A DNA stretch of 64,000 nt from Octopus sinensis. Its lineage: Eukaryota. Location: NCBI RefSeq assembly GCF_006345805.1, contig NC_043002.1, positions 90,148,001 through 90,212,000 of the forward strand, given 5' to 3'. Of this stretch, positions 1-12,265 are shown one piece after another. Every line of letters starts with the position of its first letter. Positions within the stretch are counted from its first letter, which is position 1. The notes below the pieces were generated by a model. That model was not told where the DNA came from. It searched no databases and saw only the letters and a program-made list of their open reading frames with translations. Position numbers and translations under genes: made by a program.

Positions 1-17
1 TACATCAACCAATTTGG

Positions 18-1638
18 ATGGGTGACAATTTCATATGACACCGCTAGAAAAAAACTGCCATTCAAACCGAAAAGATCCCAGAGAGATAACAGGGTTAATG
101 CCACTACTGGGATGGTGAGAAGGGGTGTCAGAGAGAAACACGGAACACTATGCTAAGAGAAGTAAAGCTAAGTTAGGAGGAATGAAGGACAGAAAGAATG
201 AGCAGGCAGAGGGATGTGATAATTGGGAAGTTAGCAATTAGCGATGGAGAAACCAAAAGCCAAGAAGGAAAGTTGACAGAATTAAAAAAAATGAAGAAAT
301 ATGAAGAAAAAATGATGGAAAACGCAGAAAAATGACAAAACGAAACAATGAAGAGATGATGAGAAACTGAGGCAATGTGAAAGGTTTTATGAACGGTTTT
401 AATAGATTTTAATAGATTACATGAACAGTGAACAGTGAGGAGGCCCTTTGAAATCCTCATTTGAAAATCTCAGTGAGTGAACGTTCAATTAAACAACTGA
501 TATTGGTCAATAGAGATAGGCCAATTCTCTTGCAAGATAATGCTCGACCATATATTGCACAAAGAATGCTACTCAAGTTACAGGAACTGAACTTGGAAGT
601 ACTCTGTCATCCACCATATTCAGCAGACCTTGCACCAACAAATTATCACATTATACAGGCATGAGACAACATTTTTCAAGGAGAAAACTTCAAATCTGAA
701 AACGATGCAGAAACAGTCTTTCATGATTTCATCACCTCTTGTTCTCCAGAATTCTTCACTGCCAGCATAAATAAGCTACTGATAAAATGGCAAAATTGTG
801 TTGATAATTTAGGTGCATACTTTTATTAACTGTATTGCTTTTTCTTGACATTTCATTCTTAATGATCTGATATATTAAAATTTAGCTAATTGACTTGCAT
901 GAATTTTCTTAATTACTAATTAAAAAGTGACAATTTTACCAATATGCAGTGCATATTTCCCCGGCATCCATGCCCCAGTATTTTCCCAGGTTTCAGAATT
1001 ATTTCGGGACTCATGAAAGAAAAGCTTTATGAGAATATATGAAACAAAGGCTAACTAAAGCGCTGAAGACAAACATGGACATTTAAGACATACTTAGGAA
1101 AATGTTTTGGACAGGCAAAGGATTAAGAGGAAAGTTGTTAAATTAAGGTATTTAAGACCTTTAAAACTTTTGAACTTTTGAAAAATTTAAGAGAGAAACT
1201 TTCTGAGATTTTCAAATGAGGATTTCAAAGGGCCTCCTCACTGTTCATGTAATCAATTAAAATCTATTAAAACTGTTCATAAAACCTTTCACATTGCCTC
1301 AGTTTCTCATCATCTTTTCATTGTTTCGTTTTGTCATTTTTCTGCGTTTTCCATCATTTTTTCTTCATTTTTTAATTCTGTCAACTTTCCTTCTTGGCTT
1401 TTGGTTTCCCCATTGCTAATTGCTAACTTCCCAATTATCACGTCCCTCTGCCTGCTCATTCTTTCTGTCCTTCATTCCTCCTAACTTAGCTTTACTTCTC
1501 TTAGCATAGTGTTCCGTATTTCTCTCTGACACCCCTTCTCGCCATCCTAGTAGCGGCATTACCCTGTTATCTCTCTGGGATCTTTTCGGTTTGAATGGCA
1601 GTTTTTTTCTAGCAGTGTCATATGAAATTGTCACCCAT
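18..1638. repeat. Long inverted duplication: arm 18-473 is the reverse complement of 1203-1638; spacer 474-1202
   Basis: Aligned by eye end to end (e.g. atgggtgacaatttcatatgac at 18 vs gtcatatgaaattgtcacccat ending 1638; gaggccctttgaaatcctcatttgaaaatctcag ending 473 vs its reverse complement from 1203), with scattered substitutions and small indels. Confidence 0.95.
474..830 (+). mobile_element. Mariner transposase C-terminal fragment, degenerate
   Basis: Translation gives PILLQDNARPY and LCHPPYSADLAPTNYH (decayed HDNARPH and YSPDLAPSD motifs), then an in-frame stop and ...KWQNCVDNLGAYFY*. Confidence 0.92.
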
Positions 1639-2006
1639 AATTATGACCCTAGTATCGATCTATTGCATTTCAATCTGTTTTAGGGTTAGGTTTAGTTAGG
1701 GTTAGGGGTGGGGGGGAAGGGTATCTTTTTTTCTTCAGAAATGTAAATAAACCCAATCTGTTTCTTAAACGAGGGACATATTCTTACGGCACAGAATGTT
1801 GTTTACCTCAAAGGACGTCAGTGATTGGTTGAAATTGCAGAAATTGAAGAAAAAAAACAACAAATATCTTACAAACTATAGAATTTTCTCAAGAAAGTGA
1901 AGAGAAAAAGATGTTTTATAAACACATTCTACCAATATACGAAGTTTAAAATTTTTTAGTTACCTAGAAATTATGTTAAAAACTGCCGTTCAAACCGAAA
2001 AGATCC
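1578..2006. mobile_element. Non-autonomous DNA transposon (MITE), Merlin-like
   Basis: ~29-bp TIRs GGATCTTTTCGGTTTGAAYGGCAGTTTTT at both ends and a perfect 8-bp TSD TCTCTCTG (1570-1577, 2007-2014). GG...CC termini with an 8-bp TSD fit Merlin/IS1016; the superfamily call is inference. Confidence 0.8.
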
Positions 2007-2149
2007 TCTCTCTGTTCTAGTTGTTAAATCATCTGTGTTTAAATTTAACAAATTCTTATATCTACTGCAGTGTTTTAGATATGAAATTTTTTTGTTGCTG
2101 TGACTTTTAACATAAAGTTTACAAAATGTAAATTTATCTTTTATTTTTT

Positions 2150-2555
2150 ATCTTTCACTTTCTTCAGTCATTGCATTATGTCCATGCTGGAGCACTGTTT
2201 TGAAGTGTTTAGTTAAGCAAATAAACCCCAGTACTTATTTTTTTCAAAAGCCTGGTATTCTATTGGTCTCTTTTGCCAAACCACTAAGTTATGGAAATGT
2301 CACCTAATCAACACTAGTTGTCAACTGGGTTTCGGGGACAAATACAAGCACAAAGACACACACACACACACACATAGATATATATACAGATATCTAGGTC
2401 AGGCTTCTTTCAATTTCTATCTTCTAAATCTACTCATAAGGCCTTGGTTGGCCTAGAGCTATAGTTTAAAAAAAGCACTTTCCCAAGGTGCTATGCAATG
2501 GGACACAACCTAGAACTATATGGTTTGGAAGCAAACTTACTATACAACCACAAGG
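2150..2555 (-). mobile_element. tRNA-derived SINE (GGAGTGGCTGTGTGGTAAG-head family), degenerate
   Basis: Reverse complement matches the head, (CA)n middle and tail of the full-length copy at 60529-60930. Confidence 0.85.
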
Positions 2556-2954
2556 ATTTTTTTTCTCTATTCTGTAGAGTTTTTAAGGTATTTCACTTAG
2601 GTCCTTGATATTAGTATTGAGTAGTTGCGAAATAAATATCACTTGGTTTGGATGTTGACCCTTCTGATACCAAACTGCCTGAGACAGCTCCTAATTCCTG
2701 TGATGCAAACTTCCTGTTTTAAATTGATCTAAATTAAAACCTTCCACCATAACTGCTTATTAATTTATGTTTCCCAAAACCAGCTTCATAATGACAGGGT
2801 TAGTTTAGCATTATGCTTCATTATTTTCAAACTTAATTTAAGCAAAGACTATTTATTTAAACAGAAATATGGTAACAAAAGGGTTAAGTTAAGTAAACTT
2901 TTGGGAGGCTCTGACACACATTGCTGACAGCTAAGTGAACTGAGAGAATATATA

Positions 2955-3520
2955 TTGGGTTGTCTGGAAAGTTCATGCCGATTTATAGTAGTTTACTTTT
3001 CAACTTATTTTAGAACATGGTTGAGTCCATAAAAAAGGATTTGACTACACCTCTATTTAGAGCACAGTTTAAGCTATCTTTTCGTGGAAGAAGGTTTATG
3101 TTCCTATAACCTGTGTTAATTCTGTAACCCTTTAAAATGGAAGATAAGAAAGTTCGTTTTTGGCACTTGATGCTTTGGGAAACAGACAAAAATTGTTGCA
3201 GCTTGACTGGGATGTGTTACCCCACCCTCCATATTCACCAGATATTGCTCCTTCGGATTTCCACTTATTCAGGTCTCTGCAGAATAGTCTTAATGGTAAA
3301 AATTTCAATTCCTTGGATGATGTAAAAAGATACCTTGAGGAATTCTTTGCCATGAAACCACTTCAGTTCTGGGAAGAGGGTATTTTCAAGTTAAAGGAAA
3401 GATGGAGATGCATTGTGCAACAAAATGGTTCATATTTGGTTGATTAAAAATGTAATGGCAAATATTTATTGACCTTTTTCTTTCCTTTAAAAATCGGCAC
3501 AAACTTTCTGGACAACCCAA
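2955..3520 (+). mobile_element. Internally deleted mariner element with both TIRs
   Basis: TIRs TTGGGTTGTC(T/C)(G/A)GAAAGTT..TGCCGATTT and a TA target duplication. Transposase N-terminus MEDKKVRFWHLMLW is joined directly to C-terminus WDVLPHPPYSPDIAPSDFHLFRSLQNSL...NGSYLVD*. Confidence 0.95.
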
Positions 3521-3542
3521 TAGAAGTAAGTATACTGCTTAA

Positions 3543-3758
3543 CTCTTTAACATTCAAACTAGCCATATCTGGCCCAAACATTCTACTTGCTTTATGCTGA
3601 AACCAACCAGGTCAAGGCTCTCACACCTGCCCTATAATATCATTTTGAAAACAATCACATCATTGAAATCCTGAAGCTATGAGATAATACATGATTACTT
3701 TAAAACAATGTGAATGAATAAGAATTACATTTGATTGAGTATTTTGAATGCTAAAGGG
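3543..3758. mobile_element. piggyBac-like MITE (TTAA TSD)
   Basis: TTAA|CTCTTTAACATT...AATGCTAAAGGG|TTAA; same family at 5908-6119, 6333-6525 and 53176-53396. Confidence 0.8.
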
Positions 3759-5456
3759 TTAACCCTAAGCATTAAGATTAATTCGTCAAATAAAAAGAGA
3801 AGTGAAACATTTACACTAGATTTTAAACTAGAAAGCTATGGAGTGTTTCTCATATATTATATCCATTCAGTTTATTTCAATTTGCTATTAAATGTAGTTA
3901 TAATCCTAACTTTATCTCAATTAGGAAAGATTAGAATGAAATTTCATTACAAGCTACATTAACTGATAACTGCATTGGTGTTTGGAAATATAATTATTGA
4001 GAAATTCCAAATTTAGCTTCATGTTGGGTTTTGTCATCCACCTTTACCTAGGGTAAATAGGATCCTGGTACTTTTTTCATTCATGAAGGTGTATAGCTTA
4101 GTGGTTCATGACTATAAAGTCAGGATTTTGATTTGCAGCAGTGTATTATGTCCTTGAGCAAGACACTTTATTTTGCATTGCTCCAGTCCATCACTTGACA
4201 AAAATAAGTTGTACATGTAGTTTATGGGACAGCCTTGTCACAGTCTGTGTTACGCTAAATCTGCATAAGAACTATCTGTCTTCATCTCTCTTTGAATCTC
4301 TTTCTGTCACACACAAATTTGAGGAATAGTGTCATTGTCACTAGATTTTGATTAAACATGAAGATTATAGTTTTAAGTAGGAAATATTCTAAAGAGGGTA
4401 GAGTAATACCAAATTAAATATTTCAGTCACTGAACTAAACTGATCAAACATTTCTCAGATATTTGAATTTAAAAAAAAAAATTTTATCCAACGAGGATAA
4501 GATTTTCTCAATATATCATTATCAAAACAAGTTTAGAAATTACACTTGACATGTATGTATGTTTTGGTGCATTAGTGTGTCTGTGTCTGTATTGGTGTGT
4601 CTGTGTTATATATTGATGTGTGTATGTGTTGGTACGTGTGCACACTTGTGTACGTGTGTGTGTTTGTGTTACTGAGTGTGTCTGTGTGTTGCAATAGTTA
4701 TTTCAGAAAGTCTATTCATATAAAGCATGGGAACCGAATGAATGAATGAATTGAAGAAGTAATATAATACAGGCGATGGCAGAGTCTATGTAAAAATATC
4801 TACAGCAAGGTAAGATTACCAACTTACATTAAACAAGCCAGAACATATCCTTCCATTTGTGCTTGGCCAGTGAAGCAAGTGAAAGCTGAATGTCATCATG
4901 GAAATTGAAATATTTGATTCCATTGTTAGAAGCACTTACATAAGAAGTGGTTGAGGAATTTAAAGTGCTAGCAAAAAAAAAAAAATATATAGATCTATAA
5001 AAATAAAATAATATTTAAAAAAAAGTCGCTGTGTCTTGCACCCCTTTTTCATTTTGCTTAGAACTCCTCTGCAAAACAAACCTTCAAAAACATTTTAAAA
5101 TTTCTACTGACCTACATCTTATATGTCACTCTGTCAAAAAAAAAAAGGAGAAAAGAAGACAAAACAAAACAAAAACAAAACACAGCAAAATTCTGCCAGT
5201 GACAAGAAAACAGTACAATAGATTGAGATGGAAAGAAACTAGAGAATCATGTTTAAAATAAGTTGTGTTATTTGAAAAAATTATAAGAAGTATGTTATAT
5301 TATTGGGTTTAAGCAACTCTTGCTTTGCCTTTCATAAAGAAATCTTATATATTTTACTCTTGTGGAAACTACATGCTGTAAACTTGAGGTAAGAAACTAG
5401 TTATACATTTGCTTCAGTTTTCATAAATATTGTATGTATACATGTAGTGTAGTGAA

Positions 5457-5787
5457 GGCGCATGGCTCAGTGGTTAGAGCATCGAGCTTACGATCATGAG
5501 ATTGTGAGCTCAAATCCTGGACCGGGCTGCGTGTTGTGTTCTTGAGCAAGACACTTTATTTCACGTTGCTCCAGTTCACTCAGCAGTAGAAATGAGTTGC
5601 GACGTCACGAGTGCCAAGCTGTATCGGCTGCTGCCTTTCCCTTGGATAACACTGGTGGCGTGGAGAAGGGAGGTCGGTATGCATGGGTGACTGCTGGTCT
5701 TCCATAAACAGCCATGCCCAGACTTGTGACTAGGAGGGTAACTTTCTAGGTGCAATCCCATGGTCAGTGTCGTGACCGAAGGGGGTC
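5457..5787 (+). mobile_element. tRNA-derived SINE (GGCGCATGGCTCAGTGG head)
   Basis: Box A-like TGGCTCAGTGG, box B-like GAGCTCAAATCC, CTTGAGCAAGACACTT core, tail ending GACCGAAGGGGGTC; related copies near 28130 and 59350-59645. Confidence 0.85.
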
Positions 5788-5907
5788 CCGGACATGTAGT
5801 GTTACATTAGAAGCGACTTCTTTAATACATGCCAGCTTTTGTTCATTCATATAGATGATGGCTGTAGACTTCAAAAGACAGCTATGCATGCAAATTAATC
5901 AATTTAA

Positions 5908-6119
5908 CTCTTTAGCATTTAGGTTACTCTCTCAAACGTAATGCGATATTTTTTTTTCAAATTGTTTTGAATTAATCATAGCTTTGAGATTTTGATGATG
6001 TGATTGTTTATTTTTACAATGACATTGTTGGGTAAGTGTGAGGGGCCAGATCTGGTCAGTCTGAACATAAAACAGGTAGAATATTATGGCTAAATGAGGT
6101 CTGTATAAATACTAGAGAG
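5908..6119. mobile_element. piggyBac-like MITE copy
   Basis: TTAA|CTCTTTAGCATT...ACTAGAGAG|TTAA; internal sequence is the reverse complement of 3543-3758. Confidence 0.75.
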
Positions 6120-6332
6120 TTAATGTTGATTTTCTTTCTCTAAAATCTGTAAACACTTAAAAAAATTGCTATTGTTATTTAGCTCTACACTAACTTTGAT
6201 AGAACAGACCTGCAACCTTAGAATTGTACATCACATGACCTTCTCCTTAGTAGAATATGATCGAAGGATCTGCTAGTGTTTGATCTAGAAATAACAGCTA
6301 TTTCACTCACTAGAATCACACTAGCATCTTAA

Positions 6333-6525
6333 CCTTTTAGCATTCAAATTACTCTATCATATGCAATGCTTATTTATTCTTTTAAATTAATCATGCATTC
6401 TTTCATAGTTTTGAGATTTTATTGATGTGATTGTTTACTTTTAGAATGGCATTGTGGGATAAGTGTAAGAAGCCAAAGCAGATAGAATATTTGGGCACAA
6501 TATGGCTGGTTTAAATGCTTAAGGG
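6333..6525. mobile_element. piggyBac-like MITE copy
   Basis: TTAA|CCTTTTAGCATTC...AATGCTTAAGGG; same internal sequence as 5908-6119. Confidence 0.75.
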
Positions 6526-6857
6526 TGAAATTTAAAAAAAAAATTGTTATAATGGGTGCAGGGGTGGCTGTGTGGTAAGTAGCTTGCTTACCAACCACAT
6601 GGTTCTGGGTTCAGTCCCACTGCATGGCACCTTGGGCAAGTGTCTTCTACTATAGCCTCGGGCCAACTAAAGCCTTGTCGGTGGATTTGGTAGATGGAAA
6701 CTGCTTACAAAGAATAAGTCCTGGGGTCGATTTGCTCGACTAAAGGTGGTGCTTCAGCATGGTCGCAGTCAAATGACTGAAACAAGTAAAAGAGTGATGA
6801 GTAAAGTAGATTAGATATTAAACTATGGAAACCATGTTTTAACCAGTCTTCTTTAAT

Positions 6858-7164
6858 TTGTTGTTTATTCCTTCTCGAGCCATGCCTGGCTCATAAGGGC
6901 CAGTTTCCCGGTTTCTTGGCGTATAGGTTCCCCACCTGGACGGGACGCCGGTCCATCGCAGGTGAGCTGCAAGATGCAGGAGGAAAGAGTGAGAGAAAGT
7001 TGTGGCGAAAGAGTCAGCAGAAGTTTTGTCATTACCTTCTGCCAGAGCCGCATGGAGCTTAGGTGTTTCGCTCATAAACACACACATCGGCCAGTCTGAG
7101 ATTCGAACCCGGGATCCCTCGACCGCAAGTCCGCTGCTCTAACCACTAGGCCATGTGCCTCCAC
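6858..7164 (-). mobile_element. Young full-length tRNA-derived SINE with TSD
   Basis: Minus strand begins GTGGAGGCACATGGCCTAGTGGTTAGAGC with box B GGTTCGAATCT; ~14-bp TSD CAGTCTTCTTTAAT at 6844-6857 and 7164-7177; CpGs retained. Confidence 0.92.
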
Positions 7165-8116
7165 AGTCTTCTTTAATGAGGTTTACACAATCAATTTCAA
7201 AGATGTATTCCAAAATATCTTCTTATAAGAAGTGAAAGTAGACAAGTAAATGATATTTGGATTTCCTATCCCATTGAAGACATCATTCACATTTGATTAT
7301 ATGTTTATTGAGGTAGAGATTTCTAAACTGATAAGGACAGCACTAGCTATTTTCAGAAGACTTTCTTGGCAAGTGTAGGAATCTTTGATCTTATGCGGGA
7401 AGAATGATTGCTCATACCAATATATGTGCTCGTAATTTAAACACTGTTTAAATAAATCCTTGAAATGACGTGTAAGGCAATACACAAAATATTGTCCAAA
7501 ACCTGTTTACAGGAATATGATTTTTAACTTACTTTTATAGGTAAAGGAGAAATGTCTTGGTTTCAGAATAAAACATCTAACATTAAACTAATCCATCTCA
7601 GACACGTGCAACAAAATCATGCATTTGTATATGTGTATATATCAGTATTTATTTAGCTACTTATTCTTCAATATGTAGGTATATGTAGTCAGTGTGTAGA
7701 TATATTTATGAGTGGATATATGACTGCATATATGTGTATGGATGGATGGATGTTAGATATTGTATTGTAAGAAGCATGAGACCTGATGTTTGAGATGTGA
7801 AGCTTATGACTGTAAAATTATGGGTTGAATTCCTAGACACATTGTGTCCTTAAGCAATGCACTTCATTTCATTTTGTTCCAGTTGAAATGAGTGCCACTA
7901 TTCTTTCTCTCCTCTCTCTCTCTCTCTCTCTTGTCTGTACTGGTGCTACATAAAAAAGCACTCAGACCAATCTGCAGAGTGGTTGGTGATAGGAAGGGCA
8001 TCCAGCCGTGAAACCCTGTCAAAGCAGATACAGTAGCCAGGGGTAGTCTTCTACCTGACTGGCTCCTGTCAAACCGTGCATCACATGCCAGCATGGAAGG
8101 CAAATGTTAAACAATA

Positions 8117-8148
<32 letters not shown>

Positions 8149-8715
8149 ACCCGTATAAGGTAGTATAACCATAGACCCTTCTATGCAACCACCCATATCA
8201 TTTTCCTACCTCCGTTACTAATCCCTATTCTTTCCTGTGTTCCTTTCCCTTTTTGGGACTGCATTAACACTGTTACTCTGTTACTTTTTGCACTATAACC
8301 CTTTGCAACTATAAACCTTTTTCTCTTATCTTACTTACCCTTAGACTTTGTAAGACTTGAGCCCATCTTTATTAGTGCAGGTGCCATGAAAAAATGCATC
8401 CAATACACTCTGTAAAGTGGTTGGCATTAGAGAAGAGCATCACCAAAGAAATCTTACTAAACTAGGTACTCTACCTCATCGGATTTTGTTGAACCATTGA
8501 ACCGAAGCCAGCTTGAAAACCAGGTGTTAAATGATGATGATGTCATATCTACATATCTAACAATGTACTAAAGACATACACTTTTATGCTCACACACAGG
8601 CACATATTCACATACATGCACATTTACACATATACACACACACATTTGCACACACAGACATAGATACACACATTTTGTTTCTCTTCTTAACTGAGTAATT
8701 CCAGACAAGACAGTG

Positions 8716-8758
<43 letters not shown>

Positions 8759-10122
8759 AAAGCAATGTAGATGCAAATCAGTTGGTGAGGTTGATTTTGT
8801 GTGATTAATGATTTCCTGAGAATTTCCAAGACTCTATTGTAAAGGAGGAGGAAATAAGCACCGGAAGAAATGTGTTTCAGAATGAGTACATATTATTATT
8901 ATTGAAAGTTTCTCTATGTTTTTGTAATAATATGAGTTATTGGTAGAGAAGTGAAGGGGAAGTTATAGGTATGGCAGTTAACAGTTGCCAAGTGTTGATA
9001 GCTTTAGTAAGTCTGGGAGAAAATACAGCTTCAAAGTAACAATGATGTGTAGGCAGTGAGTTGTTAGAAGGCATAATAGTGTTCAGTTCTCAATCAAACT
9101 CCGATTGAAGTTGGTTTTGTATTCATACATGCAGGAGTGGCTGTGTGGTAAGAAGTCTGCTTCCCAACTATATGGTTCTGGGTTCAGCCTCACTGCATGG
9201 TACCTTGGGCAAATGCCTTCTACTACAGTCTTGGGTTGACTAAAACCTTTTGGTGCAGTTTGCTAGATGGAGACTGAAAAAAGCCGATCAAAATTAAGAT
9301 CCTAAAACCAAGGTGCCATATAAAAAGCATTGGTGTAGGTGCTGGTGCCACATAAAAAGTACTGGTGATGGTGCCTCTTAAAAAGTACTTAGTACACTCA
9401 GTGGAGTGGTTGGCATTAAGAAAGGCATCCATCTGTAGAAATCAAACCAAAACAGACTATGGAATCTGGTGTGGTGTCCCTGGCCTTGTGAGTTCCTGTC
9501 AAGACATCCAACCATGCCAACGTGGAAAATGGGTATTAAATGTTGATGGTAATGATGATGATGATGATGATTTGTGTGTGTCTTTGTGTCTGCGTTTGTC
9601 CCCTACCACAGCTTGAGAACTAGTGTTGGTGTCCTCATAACTTAGTGGTTCAGTAAAAGAGACTGAAAGAATTAGTACCAGGCTTTATATAAAAATATAA
9701 TACTGGGGTTCATTCATTTGACTAAAATTCCTCAAGGTGGTACCCCAGCATGGCCACAGTCTAATAACTAAAACAAATAATTAATAAAAGATTTCTCAGA
9801 CATCAACAAAGTAGGTATCAGTAATATATTGGGGGGTTAGTTCCTGTCATTAGGCTGCTTTCTACAAAACCTGTCTTTTAGTATTACATTTGTTTCAATC
9901 TGTAAGAGTTGTCAGTTACTTTTGTCTTTTACTTGTTTAACTCATGGAACTGCAGCACTTCAGGGGTTTTACCTTGAAGGGTTCTACGTCAAACAAATCG
10001 GAACCAGTACTGGAGGTTTTTTTTTCTTTGAAGGCTGTAAGCATTGTAATCTGATGATGATAATGATGATTGTCACCTGTTGTTTATTCAAACACACACA
10101 TTTAAGTACATCCTATTCACTA

Positions 10123-10480
10123 TAGAGGCAATTATGCAGATAAACAAATTAGACACATCAAATATATTAAATATATTAAATACATCAAATACAAAATATG
10201 TATACATACAAAAAAAATCTACCAACATTACTATGGATCACCGAGCCCCCAGAAACACCTTTCTTCAACTCCTTTAATTCCCTCTGTCCTTTGTACTCTG
10301 TGTAACTTTGGCCTGTTAATATAAATATGTATATATTAATACATAAAATTTCATCACTTGAAACTTTCCACCTTTCGTTTTCTCTCATTTGCATAATATA
10401 TGCATAATTTGTATTTGATGTATTTAATATATTTAGTATATTTTATGTGTCTAATTTGTTTATCAGTATAATTGCCTCTA
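10123..10480. mobile_element. MITE with long (~80 bp) TIRs and TA flanks
   Basis: TA|TAGAGGCAATTATGCAGATAAACAAATTAGACAC... pairs with ...GTGTCTAATTTGTTTATCAGTATAATTGCCTCTA|TA. Confidence 0.85.
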
Positions 10481-10611
10481 TACCCGCTCAACTTGATCCC
10501 TCTTATAGCCTTTCTTTACCCTGTAGAATGATCCCCTGTAAAGATGTCAGAGTCTAGGTTTGAATCTTTTGAGCCCTACTAAGAGTCATCTATACTGAAA
10601 ATCTCTGGATC

Positions 10612-10642
<31 letters not shown>

Positions 10643-10985
10643 TTAACGTCCGTTCTCCATGCTAGCATGGGTTGGACAGTTCGACCGGGGATCTGGGAAG
10701 CCAGAAGGCTGCACCAGGCTCCATCTTATCTGGCAATGTTTCTACAGCTGGATGCCCTTCCTAATGCCAACCACTCCGTGAGTGTAGTGGGTGCTTTTTA
10801 CGTGCCACCTGCACAGGTGCCAGGCGAGGCTGGCAACGGTCAAGGTCGGATTGTTGTATTTTACGTGCCACCGGCACGGAGGCCAGTCGAGGAGGCGCTG
10901 GCATCGGCCATGAGTCGGATAGTGCTTTTTACATACCACCAGACCAGGGATCCTGGCTGGTTCAATTCGATTTCGATTTGAATGA
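10612..10985 (-). mobile_element. RTE-type 3'-tail short element ending in (GAT)n
   Basis: Contains GGAAGGGCATCCAGCTGTAGAAAC and a (GAT)n tail on the minus strand; near-identical to 17962-18163. Further copies near 7930, 8370, 9310, 11355, 18555, 31995, 40375, 44375, 49075, 55915. RTE dependence is inferred from the tail. Confidence 0.8.
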
Positions 10986-11814
10986 ACTATATTCCTATTC
11001 ACATATACATGTATGTACTTGTAAGCCAAGCATAAATCATGAAATCATGTTTGTTTAATACTGATTACTAAAATACTTTATGTATAGTTTGAAATAAGAC
11101 CTACTTCTCACCTGGTCTGGGTCTGATTACATTTAACAATGAGGGAGCTTCTAATTAACCTGCTAAAAATAGTAGATAAATCTCTCTCAATTCACACACT
11201 ATCGTTGACAAATTGGAGTGTAGTGCATGATACATTATCTGAAAAAATACTGGGCATGGTGGCCACTAATGGAATCCTTTTGATCAAAAGTTGGTTCAAT
11301 CATAGCTGACCTAAGGTTAATCAACAACTACTGAATATTACATATTAAGGTGCTTGAGAAGACTTGTGAAGCCAAGTGAAATTGTAGCTGTGGCTGATGC
11401 TGGTGTCATGTAATTGGCACCTGTGCCGGTGGTACTTATAAAGTAGCCTTCAGTCATTGGCCTTATGGAGGCAATGACCAGTGTCCATGACATTTGGTGA
11501 TATGTTGTGCTTGAGAAGACCCATCAAGCTCAGTGAAATCATAGTCGCAGCTGATGCCAGTGTCACATAACTGGCACTCATGCTGGTGGTACATAAAAAG
11601 CACACATTACACTCTTGGAGTGGTTCGCATTAGGAAGAGCATCTAGCTGTAGAAACCATGCCAAATCAGTCTGGAACTTGGTGCAGCAAACTAGCTTACC
11701 AGTTCCAGTCAAGCCATCTGATCCATGCCAGCATGGAAAGCAGATGTTAAATGCTGCTGCTGCTGATGATGATGATGAAGGGAAACAGTGAGATGGATAA
11801 TATTTGCGCCTGAT

Positions 11815-12265
11815 AGCAGTGAGCTGGCAGAGCCAGTAACATGCTGGGTGAAATGCTTAGTGGCAGAAACGTTAGCATGCCGGGCGAATGCTTAGGGGTA
11901 TTTTGTCCGACGTTGCGTTCTGAGTTCAAATTCCGCCAAGGTCGACTTTGCCTTTCATCCTTTCGGGGTTGATAAATTAAGAACCAGTTACACACTGGGG
12001 TTGATGTAATCGACTTAATCCGTTTGTCTGTCCTTGTTTGTCCTCTCTGTGTTTAGCCCCTTGTGGGTAGTAAAGAAATAGGTATTTCATCTGTTTTTAT
12101 GTTCTGAGTTCAAATTCCACTGAGGTCGACTTTGCCTTTCATCCTTTTGGGGTCGATAAATTAGGTACCAGTTGCATACTGGGTCGATCTAATCAACTGC
12201 CCCCCCCCCACTCCCCCAAAATTTTGTGCCTTGTGCTTAGAGTAGAAAACAATATTTGTACCTGT
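11815..12265 (+). mobile_element. tRNA-derived SINE (GAGCTGGCAGAA head), internally duplicated or nested
   Basis: Two successive GTTCTGAGTTCAAATTCC...GGTCGACTTTGCCTTTCATCCTTT...GGGGT(C/T)GATAAATTA blocks; family also near 30945, 34500, 35358, 38755, 53415. Confidence 0.8.

Noticed and set aside
4845-4854. U12-type donor motifs ATATCCTT here and near 31548
   Set aside because: Several such 8-mers are expected by chance in AT-rich DNA of this length; the 31548 hit lies in a LINE relic and neither has a convincing partner branch site and acceptor.
4940-4967. 28-nt minus-strand and neighbouring plus-strand (donor 4809) exon candidates
   Set aside because: Splice signals are at chance level for this composition and no recognisable peptide results.
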